A stretch of 64,000 bases of DNA, taken from positions 56,348 to 120,347 of the forward strand of contig JAUYMS010000046.1 of the NCBI GenBank assembly GCA_030698625.1. Reading direction: 5' to 3'. The notes beneath the pieces were generated by a model. It was given only the letters and a program-made list of their open reading frames with translations, did not search any database and had not been told where the DNA came from. The position numbers were made by a program, and so were the translations under genes. Of this stretch, positions 1 to 10,179 are shown one piece after another. Source of the stretch: Candidatus Omnitrophota bacterium. GTDB lineage: Bacteria; Omnitrophota; Omnitrophia; Omnitrophales; Aquincolibacteriaceae. Within the stretch, counting starts at the first letter, position 1; the number at the start of each line of letters is the position of its first letter.

Positions 1-1284
1 CATTTCGCGCGAAAGCTCAATGGTGTCGCGTAATTGGCCGAGGGTTTCTTTGGGGAAGCCGATGATGAGAAAGCCCCGCGTAAAGATCTGAGGGTACTTA
101 TTCATCATGATGCCGAGTTGTTTGAAGTGTTTAACGCCCGAGGGCTTCTTGATGCGCCGCAATATTTCATCATTGCCGGACTCGATCCCGAAGTACATCC
201 CGATACAGCCGGATTCAGCGGCAGCGGGAACCAATTCGTTATGAACCACGGCGGCCGAGCCGATAACACCGTTGGAAGCATCCCAGGTTATTCCGAGTTT
301 TCTCTTAGCAATTTCCTTAAAGAGCAGGAGCGTGCGATCGACATTGTAAAAAAGGTCGTCGTCCAGCCATGTGATGTGCGTGATGTTATATCGTGTTTTG
401 AGGTCTTCGATCTCGTCAACAACAGAGCGTACGTCGCGGGCGCGAACCCCCGGGCCGTTGAAATTGGCCACGCTGCAAAAAGTGCATTTCGCCCGGCAGC
501 CGCGATTCGAAAGGACCGAACCGCCCAAGGCCTCTGCCGGTCTCCAGTAGCGGAACGTTCCGATTTCGCCCAAGCGGTTGTACTTGCCGACGGGAAGCTT
601 CCCGTAATCGGGAATGACGTTTAGATCGTTTGGAGCGGGGGCTCTGCGGTCTCCTATGGATTTGTACTCACCGTGAACGAGAGTTCCGATTTGGGTTAGT
701 TGATCTTCCGTAGTCTTGCCGTTGACGAAATCCAGCATGTCGCAGAAGCTGAGATCACTCTCGTAGAGAGATGCGAGATCGATATTTTCTCCGTGTGTCA
801 GCACATTTTTAGGGGCATTGGTTACATGTACGCCGCCGGCAACCACCGGGAGGTCTTTGTGATGCTCTTTGATGAAGTCCGCGCTTCGGGCAAGCAGTTC
901 ATGGCCCATGGTGAAGGTGCAGGATAGCCCGACGACATCGGGATCGAAGGCTTTGATGGTGCTTTCCAGCTTTTCCTGCCAGATAGCGGTAATCTCTTCC
1001 TGCGTAATCTTGCCGTCTTTTTTTCCGAAAATAAATTCGAAGACCTCGTAATTCAGATCCAAGAGATAGGGCTCGTAACCCCGTTTCTTCAGATTGGCTG
1101 AAAGCACGCCGAGAGAATAGGGTGGATACATGTAGTAACGCTTGTTTCTGGCGATAGGGATATCGATTTTATTTTCGCTCAGCTGAACGGGTTGCACGAG
1201 GAGCACCCGCCGGCAATTCCCTGAAAATAGCCCGCGAATTTTTTCGGCGATAATCTGTCTTTCAGTCGAATGTGTTTTCGGCAT
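1..1284 (-). CDS. B12-binding radical SAM protein (runs off the left edge; absent from the ORF track)
   Basis: Manual translation from ATG at 1284: MPKTHSTERQ...YPPYSLGVL...DVVGLSCTFT...VAGGVHVT (B12-binding domain), SNRGCRAKCTFCS (CxxxCxxC), WLDDDL, FGIESGN, IIGFPKET. Confidence 0.9.
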   Translation of the reverse strand, partial: MPKTHSTERQIIAEKIRGLFSGNCRRVLLVQPVQLSENKIDIPIARNKRYYMYPPYSLGVLSANLKKRGYEPYLLDLNYEVFEFIFGKKDGKITQEEITAIWQEKLESTIKAFDPDVVGLSCTFTMGHELLARSADFIKEHHKDLPVVAGGVHVTNAPKNVLTHGENIDLASLYESDLSFCDMLDFVNGKTTEDQLTQIGTLVHGEYKSIGDRRAPAPNDLNVIPDYGKLPVGKYNRLGEIGTFRYWRPAEALGGSVLSNRGCRAKCTFCSVANFNGPGVRARDVRSVVDEIEDLKTRYNITHITWLDDDLFYNVDRTLLLFKEIAKRKLGITWDASNGVIGSAAVVHNELVPAAAESGCIGMYFGIESGNDEILRRIKKPSGVKHFKQLGIMMNKYPQIFTRGFLIIGFPKETLGQLRDTIELSREM

Positions 1285-1299
1285 AAACTTATAGGCTCC

Positions 1300-2073
1300 T
1301 TAGTGAAGAGGGATGACCCTCCTGCGGGCCGATTCTCCCGGAATAAAGTCTTCCCCCTTGCTGATATACGAACATGAGAATAAGGGGCGGGATCTGGTTT
1401 TGGATAGGTTAGGATATGAACCGTGAATCGTGTTACCGTTCAATACGACGAGATCGCCCTTCTTGAAGGAAAGGTCGACGCGGCTGTATGTATTCGGAAC
1501 ATCAACAGTATTCCCGGGATTTGAGCCTTTTTCTTCGCGATAACTAACGGTCGGTTTTGATGGCAGCAGATCTTCGTTATGAGAGCCCGGGTAGATATAG
1601 AGGCTGCCGTTTTCCCTATCGGCATCGCCGAAGAAAAGGTTTGTTGTGATGTACTGCTTGTTGGCGTTGCGCGGGTAGGTGTTATCCTGATGGGGATTCC
1701 AGGCCTGAAGCGCGTATGGAGTCCCCACCCATTTGAAAAGCATTTGGCTCATGAGTCCCACGACCTCGCGTCCCTGGAGGGCTTCGAGAACGGAAACCAA
1801 TCTCGAATCCTTCAGGTAATTGCGAAAGAGTTTTGAAGTTGCCGTGACGCTTTCCGGCGAACTGTGAGGGGCCTGCCGCGCTAATTCTTCTTCTCGGTCC
1901 GCGTTCATAATCGCTGCAAAATCTTTGTCCGCATGCGGTGCGATGCTCTCAAGCAGTCTGTCCGCTTCCTCTCCCGATATCAGGTTTTGGACGACGAGGT
2001 AGCCGTTCTCATGATAAAAATCGTGCTGCTCCTTGCTAAGTTCGTATGTTTTTCGATCGGCTTCCATTGTCAT
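1300..2073 (-). CDS. PhyH-family Fe(II)/2-oxoglutarate dioxygenase
   Basis: FYHENGYLV start, PHQDN (HxD), NGSLYIYPGSH, IHGSYPN...R motifs. Confidence 0.85.
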   Translation of the reverse strand: MTMEADRKTYELSKEQHDFYHENGYLVVQNLISGEEADRLLESIAPHADKDFAAIMNADREEELARQAPHSSPESVTATSKLFRNYLKDSRLVSVLEALQGREVVGLMSQMLFKWVGTPYALQAWNPHQDNTYPRNANKQYITTNLFFGDADRENGSLYIYPGSHNEDLLPSKPTVSYREEKGSNPGNTVDVPNTYSRVDLSFKKGDLVVLNGNTIHGSYPNLSKTRSRPLFSCSYISKGEDFIPGESARRRVIPLH

Positions 2074-3485
2074 AGTGCCACCGTCGGGGCATCAAAGAAA
2101 TCATCCGGAAATTGGTCGGTCCTGCAATACCTGTCAAAGATGCGGCAGACCAGGTTCGAAAAGTTCTTCCCGAGCTCGGTAATGATAAGGACGCCATCGG
2201 TTATTTCGATCATGCCATCTCTGAGAAACTCATCCAAAATGGGTTCCTCGTCTTTAAAGTAATCATTAAACACGATTCTGTATCTGGCCTCGATATCGCG
2301 GCAATTGAGAGTGAAGATGCTCCGCAGTGTGTGGATGACGTCGCGGCGAATCACGTCATCCTGGGTCAATTTGTGACCGCGATAAATAGGGAATTCGCCC
2401 TTAGAGACCCTTTCTTTGTAAGCACCTTCTTCATAGAGGTGCTGCGAATAATGTCTTTCTCCGATGCGGCCGTAACTGGATTCGCCGAGGCCTATGAGGT
2501 AGCTGCATCTTCCGGACGTGGCGCCTAAGGAGTTATACTGAACCGTCTTGGTTTTGACTGCCTTGGCGACGTCGTCGGTGGGTTTGGCGAAATGTTCAAA
2601 GCCCGTGCGCACGTAATCGCTCCGGACCAAGGCCTGAACCGCCTCCTCGTGGAGGACCTTGCGTTCGCGGAAATCGGGCAGTTTGTCGTTCTTCTTCATC
2701 ATTTTTTGATGCGGCGCATATTTAGGCGAATAGTGCATAAAACTGAGTGCGATCCTGTCCGGTCCGATGTCAATGACCTGATCTATGGTTCTCCTGACGG
2801 ACTCTCTGGTTTGTTTCGGGAGACCGACCAAAAGATCGAAGTTCACACTTTTGAAGTGTTTGCGGATGTCGGGCGTCAGAAGATTTTTGATGAGGTGAGG
2901 CGGTTGGATGCGATTAATGGACTTTTGCACTTCAAGATCAAAATCCTGGACGCCGAAGGATATCCGGTCGATGCCCTGTTCATGGTAGAAATGCATCCGC
3001 CTTTGATCCACTCGGCGCGGATCAATCTCGATCGTAAATTCATCCAAGTTATCGAAGCTGCAGATGGTCTGAAGCTTTGCCTTCAATTCTAGAAATTCCT
3101 TCTCCTCGAGGTAAGTAGGCGAACCGCCGCCGAGATGGCACTCCTTAAAATTCGGAGTAATGTCGTGCTCGTTCAGGAAGGTCCGGATCATATCAATTTC
3201 GCTGTGAAGGTACGTGAGATAGTCTTTGATGCGATCGTAGTTGTGCGTGATATTGAAATGACAGACACAGAACCAGCACATCTGCGGACAAAAGGGAATA
3301 TGCACATAGAGGACGACGGGCGGATTCTTCTCGGATAGAAAGAGGCTCTTAAGGCCTTCTCTGTAATCTTTGTCACCAAACTTTTCAGACCAGAAGCTCT
3401 TGTGCGGATACTCAATATAATCGAACGCATAGATGTCGTATTTGTTCAGTAAATACTGATTGGAATCTAGCAGGATGCTATTCAT
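2070..3485 (-). CDS. HemN-like radical SAM enzyme (oxygen-independent coproporphyrinogen III oxidase family)
   Basis: LYVHIPFCPQMCWFCVC, HLGGGSPT, EIDPR, RISFGVQDF, GLPKQT, C-terminal HemN domain. Confidence 0.85.
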   Translation of the reverse strand: MNSILLDSNQYLLNKYDIYAFDYIEYPHKSFWSEKFGDKDYREGLKSLFLSEKNPPVVLYVHIPFCPQMCWFCVCHFNITHNYDRIKDYLTYLHSEIDMIRTFLNEHDITPNFKECHLGGGSPTYLEEKEFLELKAKLQTICSFDNLDEFTIEIDPRRVDQRRMHFYHEQGIDRISFGVQDFDLEVQKSINRIQPPHLIKNLLTPDIRKHFKSVNFDLLVGLPKQTRESVRRTIDQVIDIGPDRIALSFMHYSPKYAPHQKMMKKNDKLPDFRERKVLHEEAVQALVRSDYVRTGFEHFAKPTDDVAKAVKTKTVQYNSLGATSGRCSYLIGLGESSYGRIGERHYSQHLYEEGAYKERVSKGEFPIYRGHKLTQDDVIRRDVIHTLRSIFTLNCRDIEARYRIVFNDYFKDEEPILDEFLRDGMIEITDGVLIITELGKNFSNLVCRIFDRYCRTDQFPDDFFDAPTVAL

Positions 3486-3769
3486 GGACTTTTTCCAGTT
3501 CTGGTATAGTGAAACCGCTGGCTTCCGGATACATATAATTGATCGATTATGGATGTAATCAGTATATGGTTATTATTATCGCTATATAATGGTCTAAATA
3601 GTCTATAGATATTATACCATACAACCGCCTCAAGGCAAGTCGGGCCTAGGAGCCGTATCCCTTGCAGGACAAGGGTTCTAGGTGGATTCAACGTCAAATT
3701 TCAGGGCAGACTCCACTACTAGATCTCGTCTAGGAGGGGTCTTAACTTGAGGGCCTTCTTAGAGGGGGG

Positions 3770-4435
3770 TTATTTGAAGCGCTCTGAAAGGATGAGCTTG
3801 AGCGCCGCAAAGCCGTTTGCGAGAGGATTCAGCTTGCTTATGCCACCGATCCGCTTTGGCTCATCTCCCGGAATATCGGCCACTTTCCGCTTTTCCTTGG
3901 CGCACTTGATGGAGAAGTAGAGTTCGTAGCCCGCCAAGGGCGGTATGTCTTTGGTCGAAGAACGAAGCAGGTCGGTTCTCCAGGCCCGAAACATAACGAG
4001 CACGTCGGTGTAACGGCTGCCATAGAGAAGGTTGATCATGCTCGTAAACAGCCAGTTTCCAAAAGCGGTCACAATCGTGTCATCCGCGCTTTTGGCGCCT
4101 TTGGCGTAACGCGAGACGATCACCATATCGTAACCTTCTTTCATCTTTTCGACGAGCACCGGAATCAGTTCAGGGACAGAATTACCGTCGGGGCTGAAGG
4201 TAATAATAATATCATTGGTAATCTGCTCCACGGCATCCTGATAAGCGCCGGTACCGCCTTTGCGTGTTTGCTGCAATACGCGGATTCCCATTGATTCGGC
4301 AAATTCGGGGGTTCCATCGGTTGATGCACCATCGACCACAAGGATTTCATCCACCCACTCTCTTTTAATCCGCGGCAGGATTGCCTTCATGCCGTCAATT
4401 TCGTTTAATGTGGGGATGAGGAGAGTTGTTTTCAC
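3770..4435 (-). CDS. GT2 glycosyltransferase (DPM1-like)
   Basis: IPTLNE, VVDGASTDGT, FSPDGNS, VSRY; likely GTG start at 4435. Confidence 0.85.
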   Translation of the reverse strand: MKTTLLIPTLNEIDGMKAILPRIKREWVDEILVVDGASTDGTPEFAESMGIRVLQQTRKGGTGAYQDAVEQITNDIIITFSPDGNSVPELIPVLVEKMKEGYDMVIVSRYAKGAKSADDTIVTAFGNWLFTSMINLLYGSRYTDVLVMFRAWRTDLLRSSTKDIPPLAGYELYFSIKCAKEKRKVADIPGDEPKRIGGISKLNPLANGFAALKLILSERFK

Positions 4436-4439
4436 GAGC

Positions 4440-5432
4440 CTATTTCCCTCCCGGATCGTTGCTGAAGATGCTGTAACGCCGCGACTGATAGTCCGGGTTC
4501 TGGAGATACCATTCGACGGTTTCACGAATAGCGTTCTCAAGTGAGTACTTCGGTTCGAACCCGATTTGATCGCGAGCCTTTGTCGTATCCATCAGGCGTA
4601 TTTTATTGCCGGCAGGTTTGGACGCGTCCCACTCAAGTTTCGGAGATTGCGGCGCATACCTGCAAATAGTTTCAGCGACCTGTTTGATTGAGACTCCGAC
4701 CCCGCTGCCGAGGTTAAGCGGATCGCAAGGGGCAGCGGCCTCCATGGCCAGCATCATGCCGCGTGCGCAGTCCTTGCTATAAATGAAATCACGCACGGGC
4801 GTCCCGTCGCCCCAGACCACGAGGGGATCTTCTCCCGCACAAGCCCTGGCAATGAGCGCCGGAATAACCATAGCCGTATTAGGATTGAAGTTGTCATAAG
4901 GGCCGTAAATGTTAGCGGGGCGGACAATGACCGCTTGATAATCATATTGTTCCAGATAGGCTTCGCACTGCAATTCTCCGAAGCGCTTCGCCCAGGCCCC
5001 GTACCAGTCCGACGGGTGAGGGGGCTTGTCCCAAACCTCGCTTTCCTTAAAAATCTCCGCATCGGGGTAGACTCCGATCGTGCTCGTGAATAGGTACCGA
5101 GCCGCACCGCATTCGCGTGCGGCCTTTAACATGTGGAGGTTGATAAAGGCATTCCCTTCGAGAAAACGGGCTCCCTGGCTGCGGCCGACCCCGACCCCGC
5201 CCTTAATTCCTGCGAGATGGAAGATGAAATCGACTCCTTCGCATGCCTTCAGGCATGCTTCCCACCGAGTTAAGTCGACTTTCAAAAACTCAGCGCCTTC
5301 GGGAAGGCCGAAGGGATTATCGAGAGAGGCGATTCGCACGCGGGCTCCAGCCTCAGCAAGCATGTTGACCAGCGGGGTTCCGATCATTCCCGTGCCGCCG
5401 GTCACCAAGACCTTCTTGTTTTTGAAGTACAT
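4440..5432 (-). CDS. NAD-dependent epimerase/reductase (GDP-fucose synthase-like extended SDR)
   Basis: VTGGTGMIG, RPANIYGPYDNF, VWGDGTPVRDF. Confidence 0.85.
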   Translation of the reverse strand: MYFKNKKVLVTGGTGMIGTPLVNMLAEAGARVRIASLDNPFGLPEGAEFLKVDLTRWEACLKACEGVDFIFHLAGIKGGVGVGRSQGARFLEGNAFINLHMLKAARECGAARYLFTSTIGVYPDAEIFKESEVWDKPPHPSDWYGAWAKRFGELQCEAYLEQYDYQAVIVRPANIYGPYDNFNPNTAMVIPALIARACAGEDPLVVWGDGTPVRDFIYSKDCARGMMLAMEAAAPCDPLNLGSGVGVSIKQVAETICRYAPQSPKLEWDASKPAGNKIRLMDTTKARDQIGFEPKYSLENAIRETVEWYLQNPDYQSRRYSIFSNDPGGK

Positions 5433-5438
5433 AATACC

Positions 5439-6350
5439 TTAGCCGGGTTGAATTAGGTTTCTGATTTTGGCAAGGATGCGGGCGACGGTCGGCGTGCCAT
5501 TGTCGAGATGCGGGGCAAATCCCGCGGATCGATCCTCAAGTCCAAGCGTGTGAACGGGCACGGAAGTCTTCAACATCAACTCATGCGCGATTGATCGGGA
5601 AGGACCCGAGATTTCAAAATCAGAATCCAAGACAAGGCCGAGTCCTGTTTTTTTGAGCGAAGCAATCATGGTTTCCGAAATCGTGAACGGTTTTAACCAA
5701 AGGAGATGAATGAGATCGCATCGAATCCCTTCGCCATCGAGTTTCTTTATGGCCTCAAGGGCATTCAGTCTCGTCGCGCTGATCGCGATCAGCGTGATTT
5801 TCGCATCGGCTTCTATCGTGTCATTCATTTCGTAATCAATAGGAAAACTGCGGCGATGCTCGCTGATGTATAGCGGGTCATCGTGATCCATAAACGACTG
5901 CCAGGCTTCAAGCCACTCGCCGGGCGTCATGGGAGCGCAGACCGGCATGCCGGGCATGTGCATAACGAGGCCGTGGTGACTGGCGCTCGCGACAGGACCA
6001 ATGCCGCCCTCCATGGCGATGGATCGGATGAGAATGGGGCAGGGGACATTCCACATGTCCTTGGATTTTGCCGCGTAGTTAACGAGCGGCGCCGCGTTAT
6101 ACCACATGAACCCCTGGTAACGAATGACGTAAATAGGTCTGCGTCCGACGAGTGCCGCACCGACCGCAATGCCCGAACCAGAGACATCGGCCATGGAGAG
6201 CTCGACGATACCCTCTTCTTCGGTCATTTCAGGAACGGTCCCGCCAATCCACCCGACAGCTGTCACGCATTGGCCGAATAGAAGACCGTTGTTTTCCTTC
6301 AAATGTTTGCGCGTTGTCTCGCCTATTGTTTGCGCAACTGTTCTTGCCAT
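5439..6350 (-). CDS. TPP-dependent enzyme, E1-beta/transketolase C-terminal-like subunit
   Basis: GIAVGAALVGRRPI, DDPLYISEHR, IHLLWLKP; adjacent to an E1-alpha-like gene. Confidence 0.8.
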   Translation of the reverse strand: MARTVAQTIGETTRKHLKENNGLLFGQCVTAVGWIGGTVPEMTEEEGIVELSMADVSGSGIAVGAALVGRRPIYVIRYQGFMWYNAAPLVNYAAKSKDMWNVPCPILIRSIAMEGGIGPVASASHHGLVMHMPGMPVCAPMTPGEWLEAWQSFMDHDDPLYISEHRRSFPIDYEMNDTIEADAKITLIAISATRLNALEAIKKLDGEGIRCDLIHLLWLKPFTISETMIASLKKTGLGLVLDSDFEISGPSRSIAHELMLKTSVPVHTLGLEDRSAGFAPHLDNGTPTVARILAKIRNLIQPG

Positions 6351-7951
6351 AAGCTTTCCATGCTTTCGCGTGCCGCAGTTTCTATTTTCTTCACTTCAGT
6401 GGCCAGACCCAGTGTCTTGAGCTTCTTCTTAAAGAGTTCGAATCGGTTCCACTCCGGGGCGCCGTCGTTGCCTGTGCCCGCATGCCAGAGATGCCGGCAT
6501 GTCCTGATATTGATAAATGCGGGCAGGGTGTTGAGAAACTTTTCGACATAATGCGCAATAAGCCAGGGATCATCGGCTATATCCACGGCCTTCATGCCGA
6601 GAGACTCACAGACGTCTGCCATGCTCCAGGAACGTCTCTTCTCCACCTTAGTCAGAATCGAAAGATCGTTGTCTTCACAGATAAAGAGAACGGGAATTTT
6701 TTTTGTGGCGGCATAACCCATCGCGCCATAGACGTAATCTTCCTCGACAGAAGCGTCGCCGGTCACGGCCAGCACATTTTTACCGGAGCCCAAGGCCGCG
6801 CCAACCGCGATCGGCACCTGATCGCCCATTAACCCGCTGTGACCAAACATGCCGATTCTCGGATCGTGAATGGATGCCGATCCTCCCATGCCCCTTGCGC
6901 ATCCCGACTCACGATGCAACAACTCATCGATCAGCGCCTTAGGGTCACCGCCGAATGACAGGTAGTAGGAATGGCAACGGTGCTGTGCAAAGATCATGAA
7001 GTCGGTGGCGACCGTCGCGATGGCGGCGGGAATGTGTTCTTGGCCGACTGAAAGATAGATGGGCATCTTCATGAGTTTCTTGTCATAAGCCTTGGCCGCT
7101 TCAATTTCAAAGTATCGGTTGATGCAGGTCTGGCGAAAGATGTCCAGCGTCTTAGGAACGGAAAAACTCTTCGAGAGTCCTTTGATAAGGCCCAGTTCCG
7201 GACCGCGATCTCGGGTGGTCGAATTTCTGGTCCGTTCCGTACGTCTTTCTTGGGCGGTCTGGGCCGCTCGGTCATGTTTATCTTTCTGAATAGTCAGCAA
7301 TGTCATGCCCCGCGGGGCAGGGAAGACGGAGGCGACGCGGACCAGACTGTCGAGAGAACCGACTTCGCCCGGGCCGACCAAGACCTCACCTTTTTCGCTC
7401 GTGAGCGCTCCGCCGAGCACAGCAATGGTGTCGTCTCCCGGTCTCTTTTTTAGAAGCGAAAGGTCGGAAAGTTTTTCAATCATGATGATTCTGCCTTGAA
7501 CGTGATAGGCGTTGGGCTTTCCTTCCAGCGGCTGTTTGAAACGAATATACTCCTCTGGGATTGCTTCCATCTTGTCTTCGCCTTCATACGGCTTTCCCTG
7601 GCGCCCGTACTGATCCTGAAACCGGACGAGGTTGTCCTTGTCGCCGGCGGTCTCCACCTCCAGTAAAATGGCGCCCCCTTGCGATACGGCCTTTGTCGAA
7701 TGGAAAAGTCCTGGGCGAATAATGAGTTTGGTGACGGCCGACAGATGGGTGCTGTCCTTTAAAAATGAAATGTCGACCTCTCCTGCGAGGACAATCATTC
7801 CCGTCTTTTTGGTTGGGTGGCAGTGGAGGGAAGTCGCCGCCCCATACCGGATATGGAGATACCAGATGGCGACCTCATCGTTCTGGAAAATAAGGTACTC
7901 GTATCCCCACGGTTTGTTGACGATCACATTCTGGAAATCAACTTTATCCAT
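6323..7951 (-). CDS. Cupin domain fused to TPP-dependent E1-alpha-like domain
   Basis: N-terminal KPWGYE...TSLHCHP...FHST (cupin); C-terminal YLSVGQE, GMGGSASIH, GDASVEE...EDN (TPP-binding), HLWHAG. Confidence 0.8.
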   Translation of the reverse strand: MDKVDFQNVIVNKPWGYEYLIFQNDEVAIWYLHIRYGAATSLHCHPTKKTGMIVLAGEVDISFLKDSTHLSAVTKLIIRPGLFHSTKAVSQGGAILLEVETAGDKDNLVRFQDQYGRQGKPYEGEDKMEAIPEEYIRFKQPLEGKPNAYHVQGRIIMIEKLSDLSLLKKRPGDDTIAVLGGALTSEKGEVLVGPGEVGSLDSLVRVASVFPAPRGMTLLTIQKDKHDRAAQTAQERRTERTRNSTTRDRGPELGLIKGLSKSFSVPKTLDIFRQTCINRYFEIEAAKAYDKKLMKMPIYLSVGQEHIPAAIATVATDFMIFAQHRCHSYYLSFGGDPKALIDELLHRESGCARGMGGSASIHDPRIGMFGHSGLMGDQVPIAVGAALGSGKNVLAVTGDASVEEDYVYGAMGYAATKKIPVLFICEDNDLSILTKVEKRRSWSMADVCESLGMKAVDIADDPWLIAHYVEKFLNTLPAFINIRTCRHLWHAGTGNDGAPEWNRFELFKKKLKTLGLATEVKKIETAARESMESLWQEQLRKQ

Positions 7952-7955
7952 AGGG

Positions 7956-8621
7956 CTACTCAGAACTCGAGTTAAGAAGTTGTTTGATCGCATTTGAATT
8001 TCTTAACTCGGCAAGCGACGCGAGCACTTCGTCAGCTCCGGTCAAATACTGTTCCTTCATAGTGGTACATAAGGCGATGCAGTAGGCGCCCGCCTTTTTG
8101 GCCGACTCAACGCCGAGCGGCGCATTTTCGATCACGATACAGTTTTCCGGTTTTATGCCCAATTTTTCCGCTCCGCGCAGATAAGGGTCTGCCGCAGGTT
8201 TTCCCTGTTTGGTGTCATCACCTGTGACCACGGCATTAAACTTATCGAGAAAGCCGGAGGGAACCGAACGCGCCAATCTGTCTTTGAGTGCGGCGGTAAC
8301 CACCGCGATCGGAACCTTTTTCGATATCAGCGTATCAAGCAATGCGTCAACCTCCGGATATAGGGCAAAACGATGATGTTCCAGATAATAGGCTTCTTTC
8401 TTGCGAACGACCTCGGCGGGATCAGGCGTCTTATGCGCGTGTTTCGAGAAAATCCGTTCCGGGATCTCATAAACGCGCAAACCCTCTAGGGGATAATAAT
8501 CTTCGGGCTGGATCGTTATGCCGTAATCCGACACTGCGGCTTTCCATGCCTCAAAATTATCTTCCATGGTCATCGCCAAAACCCCGTCAAAATCAAAAAG
8601 GATCGCATGAAATTTAATCAC
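7956..8621 (-). CDS. HAD-family phosphatase (beta-PGM-like)
   Basis: FDFDGVL, GKPAADPY, IENAPLGVESA; likely GTG start at 8621. Confidence 0.85.
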   Translation of the reverse strand: MIKFHAILFDFDGVLAMTMEDNFEAWKAAVSDYGITIQPEDYYPLEGLRVYEIPERIFSKHAHKTPDPAEVVRKKEAYYLEHHRFALYPEVDALLDTLISKKVPIAVVTAALKDRLARSVPSGFLDKFNAVVTGDDTKQGKPAADPYLRGAEKLGIKPENCIVIENAPLGVESAKKAGAYCIALCTTMKEQYLTGADEVLASLAELRNSNAIKQLLNSSSE

Positions 8622-8632
8622 TTTAAACCCTG

Positions 8633-9163
8633 CTATACCTTTGCAGCTGCCCTTTTTTCGACCAATGCCAGTGCTTCCTTCATCCACGGGCCAAGGTGCT
8701 TATAGTGAGGGCATGAAACGATGTTGGCGTCTACAACAGCCGGCCCATCAACATAAGTCGCACCGGCATTGTTGATATCGTCTTTGATGCTGTAGTAACC
8801 GGAGATCTTTCGTCCCTTCACGACTTTTGCCGAGATCAAGAGCTGCGCGGCATGACAGATACTCGCGATGACTTTTCCGGTTGCATTGAAGTCTGAGATG
8901 ATCTTCAGGATTTCGGTGTCCTGGCGCATATATTCCATCGCCTTGGCGCCGCCTGGTAATATAAGAATGTCATAATCGTCGATTTTTACGTCCGGGATAT
9001 CGAGGGTCGGTACGATCTTAGAACCGATAATGCCGAGCACCAGTTCCTTTCCCCGGACCGCCACGTCCACTTCGTAACCTTCTTCCTGCACCCGGTAGTA
9101 GGGGTAGATGTACTCATGATCCTGAACAAGCTTTCCGGTAAGAATGAGTGCCCGTCTTTTCAT
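8633..9163 (-). CDS. DJ-1/PfpI family protein
   Basis: VQDHEYIYP, ILPGG, SICHAAQLL catalytic Cys motif. Confidence 0.9.
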   Translation of the reverse strand: MKRRALILTGKLVQDHEYIYPYYRVQEEGYEVDVAVRGKELVLGIIGSKIVPTLDIPDVKIDDYDILILPGGAKAMEYMRQDTEILKIISDFNATGKVIASICHAAQLLISAKVVKGRKISGYYSIKDDINNAGATYVDGPAVVDANIVSCPHYKHLGPWMKEALALVEKRAAAKV

Positions 9164-9180
9164 GGCTAGTGTCTCCGTTT

Positions 9181-10179
9181 CTATTGTGTTCCGCGCGGGG
9201 AGCTGCCTTTAGCGGCTTCCGGAGCCGGAAAATGTTTTCGGTACCAGGCCAGCGTCCTTTCAATGCCGATGTCCAAGGATGTCTCCGGCGTCCAGTCGAA
9301 GACATCCTTGGCCCGGTCGATGCTGACCTTTAATTTGAATCCTATGCTGGGTTTGGAATGGTCGTATTCAATTGTTAACTTACGCCCGGAATGCTCGATG
9401 ATCTTTTCCACGAGCCGGGTTACGGATATCGATTCTCCGGAACCGACATTGACGAGCTCAAAGGGCTGCTCCTGATTCTCAATCGCGAGGGCCATAAAAT
9501 TAACAAGATCTTCCACGTAAAGAAAATCGCGCTCGTCCGACCCGTCGCCCCAGACGACGACCTTACCGTCTTTGGCCGACATGACCTTGGCCATTGTGGC
9601 ACCAAAAACATGTGCCGTTTCCAGGTCAAATTTGTCGCGGGGCCCATAGATGTTCGTATGGCGAATCACGGTAAATTTCGTCGGGCTGATGCGCGAATAA
9701 AATTCGCACATCTTCTCATTGTAGACCTTCGTCCAACCTACTCCGAAATATTTATCGATCATTTCACCGTTAAAATCCTCTTCCTTGACCGGAGCATCCT
9801 GCTCTTTGTACATGGTTGTGCAGCTTAGGAAAACCACATGCTTGATTTTCGCTTCGTAGCAGGCCCTCAGGATATGCGCATTCATAACCGCGTTATCGGT
9901 AACGTGAAGGTAAGGTTTGTTGATGATGACATTGGCCCCGGAAGTCGTGGCAGCCGCCTGAATCACAATATCTTTTCCCTGAATAGCGCGCGCGGCATCT
10001 TCGGGGTTTCTGAGATCAGCATGAATGAATTCCACCGGCCCTTTCTGATTGTTGATCAGAGGCGGGACCTTGCGGTATGTGGCGAAGAGCTCAAAGGCCG
10101 TGTCTCCAAGGAATCTCTCCACCAAACTTCTTCCTATAAATCCGGTACTTCCGCAAACGAGGACTTTTTGCCTTTTCAT
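9181..10179 (-). CDS. NAD-dependent epimerase/reductase (extended SDR)
   Basis: VCGSTGFIG, RHTNIYGPRDKF, VWGDGSDERDF; likely ATG at 10179. Confidence 0.85.
   Translation of the reverse strand: MKRQKVLVCGSTGFIGRSLVERFLGDTAFELFATYRKVPPLINNQKGPVEFIHADLRNPEDAARAIQGKDIVIQAAATTSGANVIINKPYLHVTDNAVMNAHILRACYEAKIKHVVFLSCTTMYKEQDAPVKEEDFNGEMIDKYFGVGWTKVYNEKMCEFYSRISPTKFTVIRHTNIYGPRDKFDLETAHVFGATMAKVMSAKDGKVVVWGDGSDERDFLYVEDLVNFMALAIENQEQPFELVNVGSGESISVTRLVEKIIEHSGRKLTIEYDHSKPSIGFKLKVSIDRAKDVFDWTPETSLDIGIERTLAWYRKHFPAPEAAKGSSPRGTQ

Noticed and set aside
34-1051. Plus-strand ORFs 34-624, 700-927 and 869-1051
   Set aside because: Shadows of the minus-strand radical SAM gene that runs off the window edge
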